From an uncultured Clostridia bacterium (GTDB lineage: Bacteria > Bacillota > Clostridia > TANB77 > CAG-508), in assembly GCA_944387405.1 (NCBI GenBank), contig CALXET010000001.1, positions 256,969 through 320,968 on the forward strand: a DNA stretch of 64,000 nt, written 5' to 3'. Within the stretch, counting starts at the first letter, position 1, and every line of letters starts with the position of its first letter. Both the position numbers and the translations under genes were made by a program. Below the pieces are notes generated by a model. The model ran no database searches, was not told the origin of the DNA, and saw only the letters and a program-made list of their open reading frames with translations. Shown in pieces: positions 17,732 to 27,159 of this stretch.

Positions 17732-18646
17732 TTACTTCAAGAAACCATTAATAATCTGTTTTTCAGCTTCTTCTTCAGAAAGTCCAAGTGTCATTAATTT
17801 AATTAATTGATCACCTGCTATCTTTCCTATAGCAGCTTCATGAATAAGGTTTGCATCAATATTATTAGCAGTAATTTCTGGAATAGAAGTTACTTTTGCA
17901 TTATCTTTGATAATAGCATCACATTCAACATGTGAGAAACATTTTGCATTTCCATAAATTTTAGATTCAAATACTTGTGAAGAATTCTCTGTTGCAACTG
18001 AACGAGAAGTAACTTGAGCTTTCGAATTATCACCATTTAATTCTACATCAAATGTAGTTTTAGCAACTTGATTTCCATGAGTCATAAGTTTTTCAGTAAC
18101 AATAAATGAAGCATTTTCTCCTATCTTACCTTTTGTTTCTCTTATTGTAGAATCTACTCCTTTAATTTGATAAGATTCCATCTCAAGACTTGCACCATCT
18201 TTTAAGTATACTTCTGTTACTGGGTTTAGTATTCTTTTTCCATCACCATTTCCTTCACCATAATGTTTCTCGATATATCTTACTCTAGCACCTTCTTCTA
18301 AATAAAATCTATGAATTCCATCATGTTCAGAATCTTTATGATGATCATTATGAATACCGCATCCAGCTATAATTATAACATTTGCATTTTTTCCTATATG
18401 AAAATCATTATATACTACATCTTTAATACCACTTTCAGTAATAATTACTGGAATATGTACAATTTCATAGTTTGCATTTTCCTTTACATAAATATCTATT
18501 CCTTGAACATCTTCTTTTGTCACAATATTAGTGTTTTCAGTAACTTTTCTTTCTATTCCTTTACCATTTTTTCTAATATTGTATGCACCTTTGTATTCTG
18601 ATTCTCCTGAAATTGTCTCTAATAAGTTTTTATCTACATTTTCCAT
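17732..18646 (-). CDS. Fe-S cluster assembly protein SufB/SufD family
   Basis: Conserved C-terminal SufBD segment (…HEAAIGKIAGDQLIKLMTLGLSEEEAE…). Immediately downstream of sufC. Confidence 0.75.
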   Translation of the reverse strand: MENVDKNLLETISGESEYKGAYNIRKNGKGIERKVTENTNIVTKEDVQGIDIYVKENANYEIVHIPVIITESGIKDVVYNDFHIGKNANVIIIAGCGIHNDHHKDSEHDGIHRFYLEEGARVRYIEKHYGEGNGDGKRILNPVTEVYLKDGASLEMESYQIKGVDSTIRETKGKIGENASFIVTEKLMTHGNQVAKTTFDVELNGDNSKAQVTSRSVATENSSQVFESKIYGNAKCFSHVECDAIIKDNAKVTSIPEITANNIDANLIHEAAIGKIAGDQLIKLMTLGLSEEEAEKQIINGFLK

Positions 18647-19359
18647 TAATTATCACCTCCTTGTAATTTATAACAAGCAGATTCTTTTACTACCTTGTTA
18701 AATAATTCTTCTTTAGGACCAAAGTCTTCTACTTTTCCACCACTTAATAAAATTATATCATCAGAAATATTTAATATTCTCTCTTGGTGAGAAATAATTA
18801 AAATTGTCCCTTTAGAATTATTTCTTGATTTTTCAAATACCTTTATTAAATTATTAAAACTCCATAAATCAATTCCCGCTTCTGGTTCATCAAATATAGT
18901 AAATTTAGAATTTCTAGATACTACTGATGCAATTTCTATTCTTTTAAGTTCTCCACCAGATAAAGACCCATCTACTTCTCTATCTACATATTCTCTAGCA
19001 CATAGTCCTACACTTGATAACACTTCACAAGCTTCAGCTTTTGTCATTTCTCTTCCTGCAGAAAGTTTTATAATGTCAAACACAGTAATTCCTTTAAATT
19101 TTACTGGTGATTGAAATGCAAACCCGATACCAAGTTTTGCTCTTTCGTTAATCTTCATATTTGTTATATCTTTTCCTTCAAATATAACTTGTCCAGAATC
19201 TGGCTTTTCTATTCCCATTATTATTTTTGCTAAAGTAGATTTACCAGATCCATTAGGACCAGTAATTGATATAAACTTATCATCATCTAATTTTAAATTT
19301 ATGTTATCTAAGATTTTTCTATTATCTCTTGTAAAACATATATTTTTAAGTTCTAACAT
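18646..19359 (-). CDS. sufC: Fe-S cluster assembly ATPase SufC
   Basis: Walker A GPNGSGKST, ABC signature LSGGE, Walker B. Matches the SufC N-terminal pattern. Confidence 0.85.
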   Translation of the reverse strand: MLELKNICFTRDNRKILDNINLKLDDDKFISITGPNGSGKSTLAKIIMGIEKPDSGQVIFEGKDITNMKINERAKLGIGFAFQSPVKFKGITVFDIIKLSAGREMTKAEACEVLSSVGLCAREYVDREVDGSLSGGELKRIEIASVVSRNSKFTIFDEPEAGIDLWSFNNLIKVFEKSRNNSKGTILIISHQERILNISDDIILLSGGKVEDFGPKEELFNKVVKESACYKLQGGDN

Positions 19360-19599
19360 TTTCCCTCCTTCTCATATTTTATAAAATTTATATAAAATAT
19401 AATTAATTTTAAATTAATATTAATATCAAACTTATCTAAATAATTTATCAGCCGCTTTAAAATAAACTTTTTAGATATAATTCGATTTTTTACCTTATAT
19501 ATAATATCATCATTTACTATTTATATCAAGAAAAAATTGCTATAAAGCTTTAAACTAAAAACTTATATAGCAATCTTTATTTTAACATATTTTAATTTC

Positions 19600-20814
19600 T
19601 TATTTAACATATTCATCTAAAGTAGAATCAATTGTATCTATTATAGCTTGTTTATCCATATCTTTTCCTATGAAAACAAGTTTAATAATTCTATCTCCTA
19701 CTTTATAATCCCATTCTTTTTCAACATCAGGATTTAATCTAATTATTTCTTCTTGCTGATCTTTTGGAAGAGTAGCTATCCATGCTCCTCCTTCATAAGC
19801 TTGTACTTGTTTTCCAGCTTGTTCAAATATATATGACATATCATTTTCATCAGAAAACCAAAGTATTCCTTTTGCTCTTATTATTGATTTTGGCATATTA
19901 CAAGCGAATTTATCAAATTTTTCTTTGTTTACTGGTTTTCTTGAAACATATACAAATGAGCTTATTCCATATTCTTCAGTTTCTGAATCGTGATGATGGT
20001 GATGGTGATGAGAATGTTCATGTTCATGGTCATGATCGTGTTCTTCGTTTTCATCTTCATCATCTTCTAAATCAGCATTTATTTCTTCAAGCCATCCTGC
20101 AGTAGTGCAAGCTTCTTCAAAATTAAATCTCTTAGTATTTAATAATTCACTTATATCTACTTTACTATAATTTGTTTCAATTATTTTTGCTTTTGGTTGT
20201 AATTTTTTAATAATAGCTCTTACTTTATTTAGTTCATCTTCAGATACTTCATCAATTTTATTTAAAACTATTGTTGTGCAAAACTCAATTTGTTGAATTA
20301 ATAAATTTGCAATATCTTCTTCATCATTTATATTTTCTTTTTCTAAGGCATCTCCTGCACCAAATTCAGATGCAATTCTTAAAGCATCTACTACAGTAAC
20401 TATATTATCTAGTTCGCATAACTTTGGAAGTCCATATTCTAAAGTTGACTCTCCAAGTGCTGTTATAGTTTGTGCTATTGGAATAGGTTCGCAAATTCCG
20501 CTAGCTTCAATTAAAATATAATCAAAATTTCTAGTTTTAATAAGATCTACTATTTGTTGCATTAAATCTACTTTTAAAGTACAACATATACATCCATTTT
20601 GAAGTGGTACTAAACTATCATCTTTTTCTTTTACTATACCACCTTTTCCAATTAAGCTAGCATCAATATTTACTTCTCCTATATCATTTACTATTACAGC
20701 TACTTTATAACCTTGTTGGTTATTTAATATATGGTTTATTAATGTTGTCTTTCCTGATCCCAAATATCCTGTAAGTAATGTAATTGGTACTGTTTTAATA
20801 TCATTTTTGTTCAT
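19600..20814 (-). CDS. CobW/COG0523 family G3E GTPase (ZigA/YeiR-like zinc metallochaperone) with a His-rich tract
   Basis: GYLGSGKTT P-loop, GCICCTL (CxCC), and a HDHDHEHEHSHHHHHHHD stretch. Located in the Zur locus. Confidence 0.85.
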   Translation of the reverse strand: MNKNDIKTVPITLLTGYLGSGKTTLINHILNNQQGYKVAVIVNDIGEVNIDASLIGKGGIVKEKDDSLVPLQNGCICCTLKVDLMQQIVDLIKTRNFDYILIEASGICEPIPIAQTITALGESTLEYGLPKLCELDNIVTVVDALRIASEFGAGDALEKENINDEEDIANLLIQQIEFCTTIVLNKIDEVSEDELNKVRAIIKKLQPKAKIIETNYSKVDISELLNTKRFNFEEACTTAGWLEEINADLEDDEDENEEHDHDHEHEHSHHHHHHHDSETEEYGISSFVYVSRKPVNKEKFDKFACNMPKSIIRAKGILWFSDENDMSYIFEQAGKQVQAYEGGAWIATLPKDQQEEIIRLNPDVEKEWDYKVGDRIIKLVFIGKDMDKQAIIDTIDSTLDEYVK

Positions 20815-20892
20815 TTAACTTTCCTCCTATTTATTAAACATATGTATTATATAATCATTTTTATTTTTTATCAAACAAAATTTCTACTAATA

Positions 20893-21399
20893 CTACTGCT
20901 CTTCACAAATAATATTTGATACCAATGTAAATATAATAAATAAAACTAAATTTGCAATTACGATCATTGCTCCTGCACTAATATTATATATGTATGAAAA
21001 ATATAATCCAAATATAAATGCAATAACTGAAACTACAGCTGAACTAATTACAACTTTTTTAAAAGATTTAAATAATCTCATAGAAGTAAGAGCCGGGAAT
21101 ATTATTATACTACTTATTAAAAGTGTTCCCATAAGTCTCATTCCTACAACTATAAGTACAGCTGTAAGTATTGCAATTAAATATGTATAGAAATTAGTAT
21201 TTAATCCATTAGCTTTTGAAAAATCTTCATCAAAAGTTATTGAAAATATTTTTCTATAAAAAATTAAAAATAGTGATATTACTATAATGCTTACAATTAT
21301 ACTTAATATTACATCACTTTCTGTCATTGCTAATATACTACCAAACATATAATTATATACATCTGTATTCATTCCGATTAGAAGCAGATGTAAAAGCAA
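20893..21399 (-). CDS. znuB: Zinc/manganese ABC transporter permease (ABC-3/ZnuB family), C-terminal fragment of a frameshifted gene
   Basis: DVYNYMFGSILAMTESDV matches the conserved ABC-3 mid-region. It overlaps the N-terminal fragment in another frame around 21353-21399. Confidence 0.65.
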   Translation of the reverse strand: MLLHLLLIGMNTDVYNYMFGSILAMTESDVILSIIVSIIVISLFLIFYRKIFSITFDEDFSKANGLNTNFYTYLIAILTAVLIVVGMRLMGTLLISSIIIFPALTSMRLFKSFKKVVISSAVVSVIAFIFGLYFSYIYNISAGAMIVIANLVLFIIFTLVSNIICEEQ

Positions 21400-21718
21400 C
21401 TCCTATTGCTAAACTACTACTTGCAATTAAAGCAATTGCACTATCTGTATTTATTTTTTTATTACTTCCTATTTTAAGAAGAATAATTGAAGCAATTATT
21501 ACAACCGGAATAGATATTATCATTGGGCTCCATCCCATAACTACAGAAACTGTAAGTATTCCAAATCCTACATGTGATAATCCATCACCTATCATAGAAT
21601 ATCTTTTAAGGACTAAACTTACTCCAAGAAGAGCTGCACAAAGGCTTACTAATATTCCTACAATTAAAGCTCTTCTTATGAAAGTATATTGCATCATTTC
21701 TATTATTACATCAATCAT
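21353..21718 (-). CDS. znuB: ZnuB-family permease, N-terminal fragment (true start MIDVIIEMMQYTFIRRAL at 21718)
   Basis: N-terminus typical of ABC-3 permeases. RBS ggggag precedes the start. Stop at ...NRNEYRCI after the frame change. Confidence 0.65.
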   Translation of the reverse strand: MIDVIIEMMQYTFIRRALIVGILVSLCAALLGVSLVLKRYSMIGDGLSHVGFGILTVSVVMGWSPMIISIPVVIIASIILLKIGSNKKINTDSAIALIASSSLAIGVAFTSASNRNEYRCI

Positions 21719-22280
21719 TTTTCTTTTCTCCCCCTTCCAAAATAAATTTAGAAGAAAGATCATCAAAAACTTTCTTTCCATTTTTAATTTCAATTATTCT
21801 ATCTGCATATTTTACTGCTCTATCTATATCATGTGACACCATAATAATTGTTAAATCTTTCTTTTTATTTAACTCTTTTAACATTTTATATATTTGTCTT
21901 GAAATTACTGGATCAAGACCATTTGTTGGTTCATCTAATACTAAAATATCTTTAGAACTACAAATCGCTCTTGCAATTAATACTCTTTGCATTTGTCCAC
22001 CAGATAAGTCTCTAAAGCATTTTTTTCTGATATCATATATATTTAAATCTTGCATTGCTTTTTTAGAAACTTCTTTATCTTCTTTTGAATACCAAATCTT
22101 AAAAATATTATTAGTCGTAGTACCACTTATTACAACTTCTTCTATTGAAGCTGGAAAATTTTTTTGAATATCATTTTTTTGTGGTAAATATCCAATTTTA
22201 GCATTTCTTATAATTTCTCCTTTTTGTGGTTTTATAAGTCCAACTATTGATTTTATAAGTGTACTCTTCCCGAGATCCAT
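21711..22280 (-). CDS. znuC: Zinc ABC transporter ATP-binding protein, C-terminal fragment (frameshift inside Walker A)
   Basis: Begins KSTLIKSIVGL (second half of Walker A). Also has the LSGGQ signature and Walker B ILVLDEPT. Confidence 0.7.
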   Translation of the reverse strand: MDLGKSTLIKSIVGLIKPQKGEIIRNAKIGYLPQKNDIQKNFPASIEEVVISGTTTNNIFKIWYSKEDKEVSKKAMQDLNIYDIRKKCFRDLSGGQMQRVLIARAICSSKDILVLDEPTNGLDPVISRQIYKMLKELNKKKDLTIIMVSHDIDRAVKYADRIIEIKNGKKVFDDLSSKFILEGGEKKND

Positions 22281-22395
22281 TTTCTCCTACAATACACAAA
22301 AAGTCGCCCTTTTTTACTTTTAAGTTAATATCTTTTAATACTTTATCTTCTATTGAATAGTCAAAAGATAAGTTTTTTACTTCTATCAAATTCAT
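22198..22395 (-). CDS. znuC: ZnuC N-terminal fragment
   Basis: …GDFLCIVGENGS then out of frame. Observed ggatctCgggaagagt versus expected ggatctgggaagagt (GSGKS). Confidence 0.7.
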   Translation of the reverse strand: MNLIEVKNLSFDYSIEDKVLKDINLKVKKGDFLCIVGENGSREEYTYKINSWTYKTTKRRNYKKC

Positions 22396-22425
22396 TTTTT
22401 TTATTTATTCCTCCAAATAAATTTT

Positions 22426-23400
22426 CTAATTTAAAGCTTGCTTTAAAACTTCTGCATTTCTTTTCATTAAGCTTACATATGTCTCTCCATTTTCAAAATC
22501 CTCTTTAGATATATTATGAAGAGTTTGTATCTGCATCATTTTTGCTCCCGTTTCTTCTGATAAAGTTTTAGCAACTTTGCCATTACTTAACTCTATATAT
22601 AGCACAACTGGAATATTCTCTTTATTTATAAGATCTACTAAATATGCTACTTGACTACTAGTAGGAACAGTCTCTTCTGCACATCCATTAAAAGCAGCAC
22701 TTACTTCTAAACCAAATTCTTCTATAAAATATAGCATAGGCATCTTGTCCCCAAAAACAAGTCTTTTTCTTTTGCTATTATCTACTATCTCTTGTATTTC
22801 ATTTTTTACACCATTAATCTCATTTTTATAATTTTCTGCATTTTCTTTATAGAAAGATTCATTTCCTTTATCTATATTTGATAATCCTGATTCGATAAAG
22901 TCTATCATTTTAGTAGCATTTTCTAAAGAAGTCCAAATATGTTCATCATATTCTCTTTCATCAATTTCTTTATTTTCAGAATGGACATGATTATGACTAT
23001 CTATAGTACCATCAATTTTTACTTCTTCTAATAGTTCAATACTATCTATTAATCTTAAAGTTTTAACTTCTTTTGGTAAGTTTTCTACTACCTTAGTACT
23101 CCATGGCTCTAATGTACCACCAACATAAATAAATAAATCTGCATTTTCAATTTGAATTATATCTTGTGCACCTGGTTCAAATCCATGTGAATCTATTCCA
23201 GGTCCTAATAGAAATATAAGATTTACTTTGTCTTTTGCAATTTGTCTTACAAAATCATATGAAGAAAATGTTGTTACAACAACTGTTGGTTTAGAATTAT
23301 CCTCATATTTATTTATATTATCTGTTTTAAACATTAAATAAATAACTCCAATTAATATTATAATAAGTAATATTAATGAAATAATCTTTTTTAATCTCAT
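22426..23400 (-). CDS. znuA: Zinc ABC transporter substrate-binding protein (ZnuA/AdcA family)
   Basis: N-terminal signal/TM. Cluster-9 SBP architecture with a His/Asp/Glu-rich loop (DSHNHVHSENKEIDEREYDEH). Confidence 0.8.
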   Translation of the reverse strand: MRLKKIISLILLIIILIGVIYLMFKTDNINKYEDNSKPTVVVTTFSSYDFVRQIAKDKVNLIFLLGPGIDSHGFEPGAQDIIQIENADLFIYVGGTLEPWSTKVVENLPKEVKTLRLIDSIELLEEVKIDGTIDSHNHVHSENKEIDEREYDEHIWTSLENATKMIDFIESGLSNIDKGNESFYKENAENYKNEINGVKNEIQEIVDNSKRKRLVFGDKMPMLYFIEEFGLEVSAAFNGCAEETVPTSSQVAYLVDLINKENIPVVLYIELSNGKVAKTLSEETGAKMMQIQTLHNISKEDFENGETYVSLMKRNAEVLKQALN

Positions 23401-23449
23401 TTTTCTCTCCTATTATTAACAAAATTTTAACTTTAAATTATGATGCACT

Positions 23450-23860
23450 CTATTTAGTTTTACTGCACTTTTTACATGTGCCATAAAGAATAGTTTTAAT
23501 ATTATCAATTTTAAAGCCATATTTATCTATAATCTTTTTTTCAATTGAAGAAAAAATCTCGCTATCTAAATGTGTAATCTCTCCACATATATTACATTTT
23601 AAATGATAATGTTCATTACACTTTTTACCTATATATTGAAAACAAGAAGATGATTTTTCTTCAGAATAATATTTTTTAATAATCCCTTCTTTTACAAGGT
23701 TATCTAAATATCTATAAATAGTAGTTTGGCTCGCTTTAAATTCATTTTTATTTAGATACATTAATATATCATTTGCTGTTATTTCTTTATCTTTATTATT
23801 CTCAATAAATTCTAATATTGCCACTCTTTGTTTTGTTTTATATTTTTTTAATTCATTCAT
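23450..23860 (-). CDS. zur: Fur-family transcriptional regulator, probably Zur
   Basis: Winged-helix N-terminus, HxH and CxxC…CxxC zinc-site pattern. Sits upstream of znuA with a Fur/Zur box at its promoter. Confidence 0.75.
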   Translation of the reverse strand: MNELKKYKTKQRVAILEFIENNKDKEITANDILMYLNKNEFKASQTTIYRYLDNLVKEGIIKKYYSEEKSSSCFQYIGKKCNEHYHLKCNICGEITHLDSEIFSSIEKKIIDKYGFKIDNIKTILYGTCKKCSKTK

Positions 23861-23896
23861 ATAATTCCCCGCTTTCTATATGAGCATAAAAAACAT

Positions 23897-23925
23897 AATA
23901 TGAAAATGATTTTCATTTTCATATT
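23897..23925. promoter_or_regulatory. Zur/Fur-type operator (13-3-13 palindrome, core 7-1-7 TGAAAATgATTTTCA) overlapping the zur promoter
   Basis: aatatgaaaatga-ttt-tcattttcatatt is a perfect inverted repeat. It lies immediately downstream of the -10 TATAAT (23924-23929, minus strand), with -35 TTGACT at 23947-23952. Confidence 0.65.
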
Positions 23926-23974
23926 ATAAATCCTATACATATAAAAAGTCAACAAAAATTTAATAATTTTCTTA

Positions 23975-24470
23975 TAAAAAAAATTAGCACTTATGTTTTT
24001 CATAAGTGCTTTTGGGGAAGAAAAAATTACTAGACTAATTATTAGCCTCAACTATGTTTACATTATATATTCAAATTATTAAAATAAACTTAAAATTTAA
24101 ATTATTATTTAAATTTGCTTTTAATTTTTTAATTTTCTTAAATTTATAAAAAAAATTAGCACTTATGTTTTTTCATAAGTGCTTTTGGGGAAGAAAAAAT
24201 TTACTAGACTAATTGTTATCATTAATCTATGCTTACATTATATATTTGAATTATTAAAATAAGCTTAAAAATTTAAATTATTATTTAAATTTGCATTTAA
24301 TTTTTTTATTTTTCTTAAATTTATTAAAAAAAAATTAGCACTTATGCTTTTCATAAGTGCTTTTGGGGAAGAAAAAATTTACTAGACTAATTGTTATCAT
24401 TAATCTATGTTTACATTATATATTTGAATTATTAAAATAAGCTTAAAAATTTTAATTTTTTAAAATAAAT
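23975..24470. repeat. Tandem direct repeat, ~175-bp unit × 3 (third copy truncated), each with a strong hairpin
   Basis: Unit starts at ~23984, 24157 and 24335. Conserved hairpins agcacttatg(N5-6)cataagtgct at 23986-24010, 24158-24183 and 24337-24361. On the minus strand each is followed by a T8-9 run. Confidence 0.8.
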
Positions 24471-24984
24471 ATTTTTTAGATTTTAAAAGTGCAATTATTG
24501 AATGAGCATCTTTAATAGTTCCGTTATCAATCAATTTATATACCTTCTCTTTGTTAACTTTATAAGAAGTTAAATACTCATCATCATCTAACTTTAAATC
24601 TTTAACTTTTCTTACGTTTAAAGCTAAAAATAAATAGGTTTTACTAGTACAACAAGCAACATCTCCAAAAAAAGATCCAAGAGAAATTAATTCTTCATCA
24701 GTTACACATCCTGTTTCTTCTAAAAGCTCTCTTTTTGCCGCATCTAGTGGTGTCTCATTTTCTAATATTCCTGCTGGTATTTCTATTGATTCAGATTCCA
24801 TTGAACCAATTCTTGGTTGCTTCGTTAAATAAATATCCCCATTGCTATCTACTGCAACAATTGCTACACCATCTCTTTTAGTAATTATTTCTCTTTGTAT
24901 TTTTTCTCCATTATCTAATTTTATTGTTAGATTATCAAATTTCAAAAAACCTGAATATATTTTTTCTCTTTTTACTATTTCCAT
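24460..24984 (-). CDS. NUDIX hydrolase (ADP-ribose pyrophosphatase-like)
   Basis: Nudix box GILENETPLDAAKRELLEETG. Confidence 0.8.
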   Translation of the reverse strand: MEIVKREKIYSGFLKFDNLTIKLDNGEKIQREIITKRDGVAIVAVDSNGDIYLTKQPRIGSMESESIEIPAGILENETPLDAAKRELLEETGCVTDEELISLGSFFGDVACCTSKTYLFLALNVRKVKDLKLDDDEYLTSYKVNKEKVYKLIDNGTIKDAHSIIALLKSKKYLF

Positions 24985-25093
24985 ATTATGCTCCTTTTTA
25001 TAATCTTTATTTTTGTTTTAAAATATTAGAATAATATAATAAGTAATTATATATTAATATAATATAGATTATATCTTATTAAAGTAAAAAATA

Positions 25094-25113
25094 AAAGGCA
25101 ATATTGCCTTTTT
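25094..25113. terminator. Hairpin terminator aaaggcaat/attgccttt
   Basis: Perfect 9-bp stem, flanked by A-runs on one side and T-runs on the other. Confidence 0.6.
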
Positions 25114-25123
25114 AATTTATTAA

Positions 25124-25699
25124 TTAGTTCATTGAAACAACTTTATTATTATATATTATAAATATTGTTGTATTAGTATTTATCTCCTCATCTCCATATT
25201 TATCTTTCGTTTTTATTTCAATTTGAGCTTTTACTTCATATAATCCACTATCTAATTTTTCAACTTCTTTTATTTTTTTAATTTTAATTGAATATTCATC
25301 ATAATTATCATCAATGTTGTCTAATATATATTCTAATCCATCTTCAGCACTTTCTAATTGTTCTTTAACATCATCATCGTCTTCGTCTATATTATCATAT
25401 TCTTCTTTAAAATCTTCTGGAACCCCATTACAATTGTACCATGCAAGTGAAGCTTTTAAATCCATTGAATCTAGTACTTTTGAAATGTCTCCTGAAGTTA
25501 TTCCTTCTATATATGCTTCTACAACATCTATTGGTTTTATTTCTTTATCTTTCTCTTCATCTTCCTCATTATTGCTATTATTTACAAAAAGAACAACTGC
25601 AACTATTGCAGCAATTAATACAATTAATGCGATAACAACCATTACTATATGAGATTTTATCCAAGTAGACAAACTCTTTCTCTCTTTTTTTTCTTCCAT
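25124..25699 (-). CDS. Membrane-anchored protein, paralog 1 of a tandem triplet
   Basis: N-terminal TM and an acidic DEDDDDV tract. The C-terminus …YNNKVVSMN is shared with the other two paralogs. Confidence 0.6.
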   Translation of the reverse strand: MEEKKERKSLSTWIKSHIVMVVIALIVLIAAIVAVVLFVNNSNNEEDEEKDKEIKPIDVVEAYIEGITSGDISKVLDSMDLKASLAWYNCNGVPEDFKEEYDNIDEDDDDVKEQLESAEDGLEYILDNIDDNYDEYSIKIKKIKEVEKLDSGLYEVKAQIEIKTKDKYGDEEINTNTTIFIIYNNKVVSMN

Positions 25700-25789
25700 A
25701 TGAAACTCCTCCTATAATTTTTTATAATTATATTAAAAGACTATAAAATATGCAATGTAATAAAAAAATATTTTCCATACAAACAAATA

Positions 25790-25815
25790 AAAGGCAAGAT
25801 TTATTCTTGCCTTTT
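25790..25815. terminator. Hairpin terminator aaaggcaagat…cttgccttt
   Basis: Inverted repeat with A/T flanks. Confidence 0.55.
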
Positions 25816-25830
25816 AAGTAACTAATTAAA

Positions 25831-26367
25831 TTATTCCATTGTAACAACTTTATTATTATATACTATAAATGTTGTTGTATTAGTATTTTCATCTTCATCT
25901 CCGTCTTTATCTTCTGTTTTTGTTTCAATTTGAGCTTTTACTTTATATAATCCGCTATCTAATTTTTCAACATCTTTTATTTTTTTAACTTTAATTGAAT
26001 ATTTATCATAGTTATCATCAATGCTATCTAATAAATATTCTAATCCTTTTTCAGCACTTTCTAATTGATCTTTAACATCATCATCGTCTTCGTCTATATC
26101 ATCATATGCATCTTTAAAGTCATCTTCTTCGCCGTCACATTCATCCCATGCCATTGCAGCCTTTAAATCCATTGTCTTAACTAATTTATCTAAATCACCT
26201 TTGTTCATAGCACTTATATAAGATTTAACTGCTCTTTTTGGTCCTCCAGTTATAAAGCTAATAACTATTATTGCTACAATTATTACTGCAGCTATTATTG
26301 CAACTAATTTAACATGTGATTTAACCCATGCAATAATTGTTGCTAAAACGTTTTTTACTTTTTCCAT
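25831..26367 (-). CDS. Membrane-anchored protein, paralog 2 (very similar to 25124..25699)
   Basis: Long stretches identical to paralog 1 (DDIDEDDDDVKDQLESAE…KLDSGLY.VKAQIE…YNNKVV). Confidence 0.6.
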   Translation of the reverse strand: MEKVKNVLATIIAWVKSHVKLVAIIAAVIIVAIIVISFITGGPKRAVKSYISAMNKGDLDKLVKTMDLKAAMAWDECDGEEDDFKDAYDDIDEDDDDVKDQLESAEKGLEYLLDSIDDNYDKYSIKVKKIKDVEKLDSGLYKVKAQIETKTEDKDGDEDENTNTTTFIVYNNKVVTME

Positions 26368-26506
26368 ACTTGTTTCCTCCCAAAAAATTTATATTGTAAT
26401 TATATTAAATAACATATAAAAATACAATACATTTTAAATAAAATTTTAAAAAATTATTTTGTTATATTATATTTAGGCTTTTTATAAATATAACCTTGAA
26501 AGCATT

Positions 26507-27088
26507 CTATTCTGTTACATCTTTTTCTTCAGTAGTCTGCAATGAAACAACTTTATTATTATAGATATAGCAAACAGCTTCTTTTTCTCTTACAGTTTCA
26601 TTTCCTTGATAAGCAAACTTTTCAGTTGTTTTTATCTCAGCTTTTATTAAGCCTCCTGCATCTTTTACCTCTTCATAACCATTAACACTATTTAACTCTG
26701 TAGTGCAGTAATCTAAATATTCAGTTTGAAGTCTTTTTAGCATGTCCATCTCATTTTTAGCCTCATTTTCATATTCTTGGACTTGCTCATCTTTTACTTC
26801 TTTATAGTTTTCATCAAATTTACTTAAATCATCACCACATTCAAGCAATGCAGCTTTTCCTCTTGAATCAATTATATTTAAATATTTTTCAGAATCGTAA
26901 TTATTATGAGAATCAAAATATTCACTTATAATACTTTTAATATTATTAAGTTTTTCTTCTTCTTGTTTATTTTGATTATTCTTATTTAAAAATATCACTC
27001 CTGCTATAACTACTAAAATAAGTACTATTACTAATATAACTAAAAAAATAACTCTTTTTTTTGATACATCACTTTTTTCTTTTTTCAT
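26507..27088 (-). CDS. Membrane-anchored protein, divergent paralog 3
   Basis: Same architecture as the other two. C-terminus …CYIYNNKVVSLQ. Confidence 0.55.
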   Translation of the reverse strand: MKKEKSDVSKKRVIFLVILVIVLILVVIAGVIFLNKNNQNKQEEEKLNNIKSIISEYFDSHNNYDSEKYLNIIDSRGKAALLECGDDLSKFDENYKEVKDEQVQEYENEAKNEMDMLKRLQTEYLDYCTTELNSVNGYEEVKDAGGLIKAEIKTTEKFAYQGNETVREKEAVCYIYNNKVVSLQTTEEKDVTE

Positions 27089-27159
27089 TTTAACCCTCCT
27101 AACTCCACTTTTTTTGATTATATGTTAAACAAAAAAATATTACAAGCAAAAATAAATTA

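Noticed and set aside
20815-20892. Second Zur box upstream of cobW
   Set aside because: Only a half-site-like AAAATGATTATATAAT is present, with no convincing palindrome. cobW is probably co-transcribed from the upstream Zur-controlled promoter or an internal -10.
23857-24051. Track ORF (64 aa, minus strand) upstream of zur
   Set aside because: It overlaps the zur promoter, the Zur box and the first tandem repeat. It has low-complexity composition and no RBS, so it is spurious.
23975-24470. Considered a CRISPR array because of regularly spaced palindromic repeats
   Set aside because: The whole ~175-bp unit is repeated, including the would-be spacers. The palindromes are 25 nt apart from identical flanks, and there are no cas genes, so this is a tandem repeat and not repeat-spacer architecture.
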